DNA from: a virus
Taxonomy: Duplodnaviria; Caudoviricetes
Direction: 5' to 3' (one strand)
Length of the DNA: 27,392 nt
IMG/VR virus record: IMGVR_UViG_3300037465_000378
Location: 1 to 27,392 of that record
Under the pieces are notes generated by a model, which did not search any database, was not told where the DNA came from, and saw nothing but the letters and a program-made list of their open reading frames with translations. This document shows, piece by piece, positions 6,137-13,954 of the stretch (position 1 is the first letter of the stretch; each line of letters starts with the position of its first letter). The translations under genes were made by a program, and so were the position numbers.

Positions 6137-8815
6137 TTAGACAGCGGCGAACCGCTTAGAGCCTCCCATACTGAAACCGGTTATCTTGCCTGCCTTGTAG
6201 AGCTTCTTACCCTCCTCATCCAGCTTAACTCCAATGATCCACGTTCCCGGCGTCCACTCCTTTCCGAGAACCTTGTCGCCTTTTTCGGTTACGTAGGAGA
6301 AGACCACCTTACTCTTGCTCATCTTGCCGTGCTGGACGCGAACTTGGGGGTTTGTCATGAAATCCTCAGCAGCCTTTCGCACATCGTCCTCGTTTGCGTA
6401 TTCGTTTTGCAAATCTACCTTACCGGGCTCGTATGCCACGCCGTAGACAATTCCACGTTCTTTCGCCTTTTTGAGTTCAGAGGTGTCAGTTTTGAGTAGG
6501 GGGACAGATTTCCCTAAACCAGGAGGCGGGTCCTCGTCACGCAGATCCGCCAAGTCCTCCTTGAGGGACTTGCCTAGTTTGCTCGCCAACTCGTCCAGAA
6601 CATTCACAGTTTCCTCATGTAAGTGATCTAAGGTAGAAATGCTGCGGCGTTCCGTAATCGCTTTCTTGTATCTGTTCAGTTGGCGCTTAGCACGCACCTT
6701 TGCTGCTGCAACATTTGAATATGGAGATTTGTCAGCGTCAGAGAAAAGTTCTTTTGCCCTTCTTTCTTCTCCAGAGAATGCTTCCTGATATCTCCGAAGA
6801 CCATCTCCCTTACCTGGACCACCCCCTCCTCTCGCACACGTATTCCCTTCTTGGAACCCTCCTTCCCCAGTTCCGCAATTCTTCTCGCACAGGATCTCAC
6901 ACGTCTCCCCATTCGCGTCCTTCTCGAACTCCACCGTCACGCCAAACATGTCTACCTCGACGCTTTTCGCTGCACCCGTGTCCCGGACTGCCTTCGCGAG
7001 CTGGACACTCGCGCCATTCACTTCAAAGAAAAAGGAATTGGAATGGGGGAGGCGCATGCCGTGAAAGATGAGGGACTTGCCTAGTTTGCTCGCCAACTCG
7101 TCCAGAACATTCACAGTTTCCTCATGTAAGTGATCTAAGGTAGAAATGCTGCGGCGTTCCGTAATCGCTTTCTTGTATCTGTTCAGTTGGCGCTTAGCAC
7201 GCACCTTTGCTGCTGCAACATTTGAATATGGAGATTTGTCAGCGTCAGAGAAAAGTTCTTTTGCCCTTCTTTCTTCTCCAGAGAATGCTTCCTGATATCT
7301 CCGAAGACCATCTCCCTTACCTGGACCACCCCCTCCTCTCGCACACGTATTCCCTTCTTGGAACCCTCCTTCCCCAGTTCCGCAATTCTTCTCGCACCTC
7401 ACCTCAATCTCGTCGCCGTCCGCGTCCTTCTGGAGAATCAGCTCCCCGTCCATCTTTCGGACGTTCTCGCCCGCTTCCTCGAGCGCCTTTTCGAGACGCT
7501 TGTCATAGGCGAAGGTGAACTCCCCGTCGGCGGTGCGCGTTCCCTTGAAGAGGTACTCGTCCTTCTCGAGACCAACCACTTCGATCACGCGCAAGCGCGC
7601 GTTGCGGTCCCAGGCGAGTTCGCCATCCAGCATCTGCTCCAGAGTCTCGACGGGAATCCCTGTGCGCTGCGCAACGTCTGTCCTCGAAAGCCCTTCATCG
7701 GCCATTGCTTCCTCAACAGACTCCGAGAATTCGTCGTCGTCGGAAGCGTACTCGGCGACGTTCTTTCTCAGGTCGTCTACAGCCTTCTTAATTGGCACGT
7801 AGACTTGCTTGACTTCCTCGCTCTCTCCAAGCACTATTTTCCCCTCTTCGACTTCGTAGGGAACTCGGAGCGTAACCTTCTTCGTGTCTCCCATCGCATA
7901 AGGCATTGCCATACCGTACATCGGTGCATCCGGGTAGACGCAGATGATCGCAACCTGCGCGTCGGGGTAGTTGCGTTCAACGTAGCTTCGTACGCCCCAC
8001 TTGTTCAGGGCGGCAGCACGAATCTGGTCGTCGAGCTCGTACGTGCTCAGACCAAGGTCTTCGTCTTTAGCCATGGACTTCTCCGATTTCTTAGAGTAGC
8101 GTCCGCCCATTTTCTGGTAGATGGAGGATACCAAGGCGTAGTAGTCGTCTACATCTTCTTGCTTATCGGCAGCAGCTTTAGCCTTTTCCCAGATGTCCTC
8201 GTCCAAGACTCCTGCGCCCTTCGAGAGTCCGCACCACTCTCCAGCGCACTTCATGGCCTTCTGCTTCGCGCTCACGCGCGATCCCTTGTGCGCGGTGTCG
8301 TAGGTGAACTCGCGCATCTCTGTCCCTTTGACGACGGCGAACTTTCCAGGACGGTAGTAAACTTCTGCGCCTTCTTCACCATCGGCCTTGCGGAACGTGC
8401 GAATCTTACGACCGTAGTTAGGATTGCGCGTTGGAGCACCTGCGTAACGCCCGACTTGCGTTCGCATTGTACGGGCAGATTCGGGAAAACGCTTCTCGAG
8501 GACCTGAGGGCGAGGACCTTCGACCTGAACCTCGACAGATTCCTCGATCCTCTCACCCGTGCTCAAATCAACGCCGAGATCAATCTCATAGCGATGGCCG
8601 GGTTCGCCGCCCTTGACCATGTAATGCACTTCCGTGCCTTTGACGTCGGCTCTGTTGCTTTCGAGGAGAACGTTCGAAGCATCCTCACCGCTGTCAAGGT
8701 CTCTTGCGGTGACAGAACAAGCGGCAATGCCCGCGTCTGCGGGTAGCGCTTTTGCGAGATCGAAGACTTGTCTGTAACGTTCCCCGGGCTTCTTTACGGC
8801 CTTTACTTCTGCCAC
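6137..8815 (-). CDS. Multidomain head polyprotein ending in an XkdF-like prohead serine protease
   Basis: 892 aa, GTG start with GAGG. C-terminal 'GIVYGVAYEPGKVDLQNE...VRKAAEDFM...QHG...PGTWIIGVK...KAGKITGFSMGG' is the XkdF-like protease. Also an N-terminal Ig-like adaptor-type domain (KKPGE..FD), an XRE-type HTH (GLSRTDVAQRTGIPVETLEQMLDG) and two identical cassette domains. Confidence 0.85.
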   Translation of the reverse strand: MAEVKAVKKPGERYRQVFDLAKALPADAGIAACSVTARDLDSGEDASNVLLESNRADVKGTEVHYMVKGGEPGHRYEIDLGVDLSTGERIEESVEVQVEGPRPQVLEKRFPESARTMRTQVGRYAGAPTRNPNYGRKIRTFRKADGEEGAEVYYRPGKFAVVKGTEMREFTYDTAHKGSRVSAKQKAMKCAGEWCGLSKGAGVLDEDIWEKAKAAADKQEDVDDYYALVSSIYQKMGGRYSKKSEKSMAKDEDLGLSTYELDDQIRAAALNKWGVRSYVERNYPDAQVAIICVYPDAPMYGMAMPYAMGDTKKVTLRVPYEVEEGKIVLGESEEVKQVYVPIKKAVDDLRKNVAEYASDDDEFSESVEEAMADEGLSRTDVAQRTGIPVETLEQMLDGELAWDRNARLRVIEVVGLEKDEYLFKGTRTADGEFTFAYDKRLEKALEEAGENVRKMDGELILQKDADGDEIEVRCEKNCGTGEGGFQEGNTCARGGGGPGKGDGLRRYQEAFSGEERRAKELFSDADKSPYSNVAAAKVRAKRQLNRYKKAITERRSISTLDHLHEETVNVLDELASKLGKSLIFHGMRLPHSNSFFFEVNGASVQLAKAVRDTGAAKSVEVDMFGVTVEFEKDANGETCEILCEKNCGTGEGGFQEGNTCARGGGGPGKGDGLRRYQEAFSGEERRAKELFSDADKSPYSNVAAAKVRAKRQLNRYKKAITERRSISTLDHLHEETVNVLDELASKLGKSLKEDLADLRDEDPPPGLGKSVPLLKTDTSELKKAKERGIVYGVAYEPGKVDLQNEYANEDDVRKAAEDFMTNPQVRVQHGKMSKSKVVFSYVTEKGDKVLGKEWTPGTWIIGVKLDEEGKKLYKAGKITGFSMGGSKRFAAV
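6562..6890. repeat. 329-bp exact direct repeat, copy 1 (in-frame cassette)
   Basis: Identical by visual comparison to 7069-7397 (offset 507 bp = 169 codons). Encodes CEKNCGTGEGGFQEGNTC...LASKLGKSL. Confidence 0.95.
7069..7397. repeat. 329-bp exact direct repeat, copy 2 (in-frame cassette)
   Basis: Identical to 6562-6890. Confidence 0.95.
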
Positions 8816-8858
8816 GCTACACCTCGCTAGGTCTCTCTCCCCAGCTAGGCATCCGGTA

Positions 8859-9206
8859 TTATCTCAAAACTCGGTCGTTTACGGTAAAACTTTTTTCTTT
8901 TTTCGTTGTAAGAATTCGTGGTGAAGCTATCAGGCGTCTCTCAATGGTGTTCCTACGAATGACAGTTTCAAGCGGTTCTCGTTGAATGACGAACCTGTTG
9001 AGCTTGTTGGAGATACCATTGCGTTTGTTTCTAAGCGACCGGATAAGGAATTCTTCCAGCGACTCGCCGTCCTTGGACGTCCACTCAACTTGTGTCCAAT
9101 AAAGGGGGAGCAGAAATCCTGTAGAGGACTTGTTCTGGTCGGCTGCACCAACTTGTCCGAACCAAGGGCCGAAGAAATTGTCTGCGTAGTTAGCGTTGTA
9201 GACCAT
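8859..9206 (-). CDS. Hypothetical protein
   Basis: 115-aa ORF, TAATG-coupled to the upstream gene; AT-richer than its neighbours. Confidence 0.6.
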   Translation of the reverse strand: MVYNANYADNFFGPWFGQVGAADQNKSSTGFLLPLYWTQVEWTSKDGESLEEFLIRSLRNKRNGISNKLNRFVIQREPLETVIRRNTIERRLIASPRILTTKKEKSFTVNDRVLR

Positions 9207-10579
9207 TAAGTGCCGTCCACCGTAACCGATGTTCTGTTGCCGTTCGCATCCAGGACACCGGTAATGCGCGCCTTGGAATCGTCAATTGCGCGGAAGATCA
9301 TGGTGCTTGCCTGCGAAGCAACAGCTCCCGAAGACTTTCCGGCAAGAGCGGCGGCCATGATTCTGAGAAGCTGTCGGACAGTATAGGTATCTACTGCGCT
9401 CGCCCGGTCAAGCAGTGCGTCAGCGATCTCGTTCGCCGCACCTTCAGCAAGCTCCGACGCACCGATGGCGTCGGCAGCTATCTTCGCCGCCGTGATCGCG
9501 TCCGCCGCTATCGAGTCCGCCGTGATCGCCCCGGTAGCGATTGCGCCGACCGAGGAATCCATGCGACCGGAGACCAGTGCCGCCGGGAGGCGCGCCTGGA
9601 TGTCGTCGAGGTCGGCCTGCGCCGTGACGATGCTGGCCGAGGTCGCGAGCCCGGACTGAATCTCCGTGACGGCGCTCGCTGCTATCGCATCCCCGTCGAT
9701 GGCGTCCGTGGCTATCGCCGCAGCATCTACCGCGCCTGCGACAAGGTCCATCGCGTCGCCCGGAGCCGCACGGCTCGTAATCTCGTCGTCGAGATAGTCC
9801 CCGAAGCTGTCCGGCGTCGTATGCGCCGACTTCAACTCGTCCCACACCTCGTCCGTCGTCTGACCCGGCACGTCAGCCCCGGCGGAATCCGCCACGCCGA
9901 GGAGCGCGTTGAGGTTCGAGTTGTTCGTCCTGTCGCTGATCGCGTCCAGCGTGCGGACGGCTCTCCCTGCCGTGTCCGCCGTCCCGTGCGCCGCCACGAT
10001 GTCCTCGTCCCAGACTTGATCCGCGATCTCGTTCACAGCATCCGCAGCCAGCTCCGAAGCTCCGATGGCGTTCGCCGCGATCTTGTCGGCGGTGATCGCA
10101 TCCGTGGCGATTGCGTCCGCATCCACGGCACCCGCGATCAAGTCCACCGTCGTGCCCGACAGATTCTGCACCGAAGTCGGGCTTCCGATGTTCGCCCAGT
10201 CGATCCCCGCTTCTCCGGCGGCGGTCACGTCCAGCGTCCGGCCCTCCGTCGTCGGCTGGAGCGGCGCGTACCACGCGCTCCCGTTCCAGAACCCGTCGCC
10301 CGTCCCGACGACCTCGTCCGATTCGGCAGGAGATCCGCCCGCCCGCTTCTGGACGGTGAGATAGTATCGCCCCGCCGCGACGGACGGCATGTCGCCCGCG
10401 TAGAAGCGCGACGCCGTGCCCTTCTCGGCCATCGCGATGTCGTAATCGCCGACGTTCGCCGTCAGGTACGACTCGAACCCGGGCGTCGCCGTGTTGTATA
10501 TCTGCCCGGTCTTGTCCCAGAGGTGGGCGTACAACGTGACCGCCGTCTCCGCGTGGTGGATCTGGATCTCTCCGGCCAT
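9206..10579 (-). CDS. Fibre-like virion structural protein with ~10-aa 'DAITAxKIAA' repeats
   Basis: 457 aa, Ala/Asp/Gly-rich. Repeats such as AIATDAITADKIAANAIGASELA and 'EIADxVWDE'; C-terminal 'LLRIMAAALAGK...DANGNRTSVTVD'. Confidence 0.7.
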   Translation of the reverse strand: MAGEIQIHHAETAVTLYAHLWDKTGQIYNTATPGFESYLTANVGDYDIAMAEKGTASRFYAGDMPSVAAGRYYLTVQKRAGGSPAESDEVVGTGDGFWNGSAWYAPLQPTTEGRTLDVTAAGEAGIDWANIGSPTSVQNLSGTTVDLIAGAVDADAIATDAITADKIAANAIGASELAADAVNEIADQVWDEDIVAAHGTADTAGRAVRTLDAISDRTNNSNLNALLGVADSAGADVPGQTTDEVWDELKSAHTTPDSFGDYLDDEITSRAAPGDAMDLVAGAVDAAAIATDAIDGDAIAASAVTEIQSGLATSASIVTAQADLDDIQARLPAALVSGRMDSSVGAIATGAITADSIAADAITAAKIAADAIGASELAEGAANEIADALLDRASAVDTYTVRQLLRIMAAALAGKSSGAVASQASTMIFRAIDDSKARITGVLDANGNRTSVTVDGT

Positions 10580-10580
10580 G

Positions 10581-11594
10581 CTAGTAAGCCTCCAACGAGC
10601 CGACGGACCCGGCCTGCAATGTCACGGTCGCCCCGGTCGTCTCAGCCGCGAATTGTAGTTGAAGCGTCCCGGACGAGGACGGAACGATGACCCCATCGAC
10701 ACGCGCCAGATAGTCCGCGTTGGCTGCGGGCACGGCAGTCCCCGTCACGCTCCCGCCGGACGCCGTGATGGACCCCTGAAGCTCTCCTGCAGTCCCGGTT
10801 GCGGCGATGGGGATTCGCGCGCTTGCCGCGAAGATCGTCGCGGCGGGAAACGTCAGCCCGAGCTTGAGCCCGACCGTGCCGGAGGTCGAGCGGAAGACCA
10901 CGGCGAAGCGGAACCTGTACGTCGTTCCGGCCACGAGCGCGAAAGCAAGATTCAGCACGTTCACGAGCGTCCCGTTGATCGCGGTTTGCGCGGCAAGCTG
11001 CCGGACCTTCGTCGCTCCAGTTCCGCCGACGGGCGGGGTCTTCAATGTCCCGTCGTCCGCGACGAACTTGGTTCCGTCGGGAGTCCCGGAGGCGATCCTC
11101 GCTATCGCGAGCTGACCCGAGACGATGGCCGAGGCGTCGTGGACGTGCGCGAGCGGGGGTCTGGCGTCCGCGAGGCGGGCGTCGTCCCCGGCGCAGAGCG
11201 TCCCGGAGACGGTCCCGACGGGCAGATTCTCCAGCGAAACGAGTCCACCCGGGGAAAGAAAGACGGGTTCGGCGTTCGGGCCGTCAGCCGTCTTCGTTCG
11301 CGCAGGTCGGAGCCCTCCGTTCACGGCGGCCACTTCGGCGTCCAGCTCGGCCTTCGTCGCCGACCTCTCCTCCAGCCTCGAATGCTCCTGCGTCCCGTCG
11401 TCTGTGTCGATTAGCACGAGAGGAATAGCCCTGTAAGGCCGGTCCGGACGGCCTTCGACGGCCTGCGGTACCCCGGCGATGGGCCTGTCAGGACTGACGT
11501 TGTAGAAGAGCGCCGACGGGTAGGCCGCCGCGATCTCCGCTGCCGCAGCGTGCGTCGCTCCAGATCCGCCCGAGAAATAACAACTAATCTTCAT
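10581..11594 (-). CDS. Fibre/spike-like structural protein
   Basis: 337 aa. 'GDDARLADARPPLAHVH' (H-x-H fibre metal motif), 'GTKFVADDGT', and a C-terminal jelly-roll-like 'GTLQLQFA' domain. Confidence 0.65.
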   Translation of the reverse strand: MKISCYFSGGSGATHAAAAEIAAAYPSALFYNVSPDRPIAGVPQAVEGRPDRPYRAIPLVLIDTDDGTQEHSRLEERSATKAELDAEVAAVNGGLRPARTKTADGPNAEPVFLSPGGLVSLENLPVGTVSGTLCAGDDARLADARPPLAHVHDASAIVSGQLAIARIASGTPDGTKFVADDGTLKTPPVGGTGATKVRQLAAQTAINGTLVNVLNLAFALVAGTTYRFRFAVVFRSTSGTVGLKLGLTFPAATIFAASARIPIAATGTAGELQGSITASGGSVTGTAVPAANADYLARVDGVIVPSSSGTLQLQFAAETTGATVTLQAGSVGSLEAY

Positions 11595-12853
11595 ATCTGC
11601 GTCAAAACCTCAATGCCCGCGCCTCCAGCCCCTCCGGCCCCGGAAGACCCGCCGCCCGCCGCGCCGCCGGTGCCGCCGCTGACGGTCACGGTGCCGGAGT
11701 TGAACAAGTTGCGCGAGATGAAGTAGAGCACGCCGCCCGCACCTCCCCCTCCCCCTCCGCGCCCGCTCCCCGCCCCGGCTGTCCCGTTACTGCCATTCGC
11801 CGAGAGCACGGTGCTCGCGCCGTGCGCGATGCACGCGGCGGCCAACGTCGCCCCGCCGCCGCCAGCCCCGCCGTTGCCGCCAGCGGACCCGCTTCCGCCT
11901 CCGCCTCCGCCACCGGAACCGTTCGTCTTCCACGAGCCCATGCTCCGGAAGTGCGAAGTCGTAGCGTGCGCGGACGCGCTGCCCGCCGCGCCCGCGTTCG
12001 CGCCCGTCGCTCCTCCCGACGCGACCGTGTTGGTCGCATTGCTGCTGACATGCGGCCTTCCGCCGCCACTCCCGCCAGCGCCCGTCGATCCTCCTCCGCC
12101 GCCTCCCCCGCCGCCTCCGTACCCGCCCGTCGTCCCGGCGGACCCGCCCGCCGTTCCGCCCGCGCCGCCGGAACGCCCGAGCCCGTTCAGGTTCATCGTC
12201 GCGCTGCCGAGGAACGCGATGACGCCCTGCGCGGAAATGTTGAGTTGATTGACGACGTTGGCCGTGTGCGCTATGTTCCCGGTGCCCCTGACGACGACCG
12301 CCGCGTAATAGTTCACGTTGTTGAGCGTCGTCGTCCCGGAAGATATGTCGAGGAAGCCCAGCTTCGCGTAGCCGAAGAGCTCGCCGCGTGTCCACGGATC
12401 GAGCCCTATGGGTTCGCACGCATACCGCGCGTCCTGCTCCGACGAGTCGGCCCGCACGTACCCGATGTAGACCCTGTAGACGCGCGTCCACGCGGACCCG
12501 CTCCATTCGTACATCTTCCCGTCCCCGAGCGAGAACCACGGCTGCCCGGTCGCTGGGGAAGACGGCGCGGACCATGTGTAGTAGCACGGCAGCGCGGAGC
12601 GCCCGAGCGCCCCTGTGTTGTCCACGTAGACGAAGTTGTGCGCGTTGTTCGTGACCGCGAAAGTCACGTCGGCCTCCAACCCGTACTCCTTGTCGCCGAT
12701 CCTGTAGACGAACGGGTTCGTGGCGTCCGCCTCCAGCGTCAGGTTCAGGCCGCTGACCGCCTCTTCGAGAAAGTCGGCGTTCCCTGCGACGATCTCGGAC
12801 GCGACGATACAGTCGCTGCGACCGGCGTACCCGAACGGAAGGAGCAGGCTCAT
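11591..12853 (-). CDS. Glycine-rich fibre/receptor-binding-like structural protein
   Basis: Start reassigned to ATG at 12853 (ATGA overlap). 'APSSPATGQPWF...KMYEWSGSAW' fibre motif and a long C-terminal Gly-rich 'GGGGGAGG' domain. Confidence 0.7.
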   Translation of the reverse strand: MSLLLPFGYAGRSDCIVASEIVAGNADFLEEAVSGLNLTLEADATNPFVYRIGDKEYGLEADVTFAVTNNAHNFVYVDNTGALGRSALPCYYTWSAPSSPATGQPWFSLGDGKMYEWSGSAWTRVYRVYIGYVRADSSEQDARYACEPIGLDPWTRGELFGYAKLGFLDISSGTTTLNNVNYYAAVVVRGTGNIAHTANVVNQLNISAQGVIAFLGSATMNLNGLGRSGGAGGTAGGSAGTTGGYGGGGGGGGGGSTGAGGSGGGRPHVSSNATNTVASGGATGANAGAAGSASAHATTSHFRSMGSWKTNGSGGGGGGGSGSAGGNGGAGGGGATLAAACIAHGASTVLSANGSNGTAGAGSGRGGGGGGAGGVLYFISRNLFNSGTVTVSGGTGGAAGGGSSGAGGAGGAGIEVLTQI

Positions 12854-13362
12854 GCGCCGTAAGCCCCGACGACCCACCACTCTGTCCCGTCGCAGACGAG
12901 CATGACGCAGTCGTACTGATGCTTCAACACGAGGTCCGCGAGGTCGTCAATGGTCTCCGACGCATTGCCGTCCACCGTCACCCGATTCGACGAACTGTCG
13001 ATCTTCTTCACGATGTAGACGCGCCCGGACAGTCCCGACGCGGCAGGGAGCGTAATCGTCCTCGCCGCTCCCGAGGCGTCCACGAGGACGACGGCATGCG
13101 CCGAGGTCAAGGTCGTGTCTGAGCTCACGGAAGTCACGGTGGTTTTGACGGGCGCTTCGAGCGCGCCGTCCGAGACGAGCGACGAACCGCTCCGCCGGAG
13201 GAACTCCCCGTCCGCTATGTCGCCGTTGGTGAGGTTGGTCGGCCCAGAGGTCTCGCGCAGACCGAGAACGGTCGGCGCGTCGGCGGTTCCGCCGAGGTGC
13301 GTGGCGAGCTTGAGCTTGCCCTTGAGGGAGGTCGTGGCGTCGGGAGTGACAGGTTGTATCAC
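12850..13362 (-). CDS. Fibre/decoration-like structural protein
   Basis: 170 aa, GTGA-coupled. 'DATTSLKGKLKLA..GGTA..PTV' fibre repeat and 'VDASGAARTITLPAA..GRVYIVKKID..V.LV.DGTEWWV' beta domain. Confidence 0.7.
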   Translation of the reverse strand: MIQPVTPDATTSLKGKLKLATHLGGTADAPTVLGLRETSGPTNLTNGDIADGEFLRRSGSSLVSDGALEAPVKTTVTSVSSDTTLTSAHAVVLVDASGAARTITLPAASGLSGRVYIVKKIDSSSNRVTVDGNASETIDDLADLVLKHQYDCVMLVCDGTEWWVVGAYGA

Positions 13363-13706
13363 CGTTCGCCCCCCGAGTATGGCACAGCATGACCTGCGTC
13401 GATCATTTCTTTATTTACGGAAATCAGATCAGGATCAACCCAGATTTCAGCCAGCAATCGCCCGTATTTCTCGCGCTTGTCCTTGGTTGTCTTGATGCGC
13501 ACTTTGGTTGAAATCGGCAAACGATTCTCGAGGTAGCGCTTCGCTGCTTTGCCCGGTTCTGGGTCTGGCTGTCCGTGCAGTTCCGGGGCGTTGATTCCTG
13601 CGAGACGGACAACCTGCGTAGACCAAATTCCAAAGCCAAGGTCAACGGCAAGCTTCACGGTGTCTCCGTCTACAACCGACCCTACGAGAGCGTTGTACTC
13701 GAACAT
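13359..13706 (-). CDS. Thermonuclease (staphylococcal nuclease-like, SNase OB-fold)
   Basis: Canonical 'VVDGDTV', 'RLAGINAPE', 'KYGRLLA', 'VNKEMIDAGHA' motifs; no signal peptide. Confidence 0.92.
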   Translation of the reverse strand: MFEYNALVGSVVDGDTVKLAVDLGFGIWSTQVVRLAGINAPELHGQPDPEPGKAAKRYLENRLPISTKVRIKTTKDKREKYGRLLAEIWVDPDLISVNKEMIDAGHAVPYSGGER

Positions 13707-13952
13707 TTAGCCCACCCTCATTGCGACTTGGAACCCACCCGCATCGATTCCTGGTATAAAGCTCACCTGTTGGATGACCGCGAGAGCTTCTTGCTTGGTT
13801 ACGTTCTCAAGCATGCAAACCTTACCCGAGAGCAGCGAAGAGAAGTGATCTCCTGCAGCTTGTTCGAAGCTCGCCTTCGCCCATGACATCAGCATCTTGA
13901 ACGCCTTAATGCCGACTTCCCTGTCCTCGAGAACGCTTGGTCTCATCACCAT
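13707..13952 (-). CDS. Small hypothetical protein directly downstream of the MuF gene (candidate immunity protein)
   Basis: Start reassigned to ATG at 13952, 2 nt after the MuF stop; 81 aa; fills the gap to the nuclease exactly. Confidence 0.55.
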   Translation of the reverse strand: MVMRPSVLEDREVGIKAFKMLMSWAKASFEQAAGDHFSSLLSGKVCMLENVTKQEALAVIQQVSFIPGIDAGGFQVAMRVG

Positions 13953-13954
13953 GA

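Noticed and set aside
6562-7397. Direct repeats as a CRISPR array or DGR template/variable repeat pair
   Set aside because: Only two long in-frame copies, no spacers, no adenine-specific mismatches, and no reverse transcriptase or cas gene in the window.
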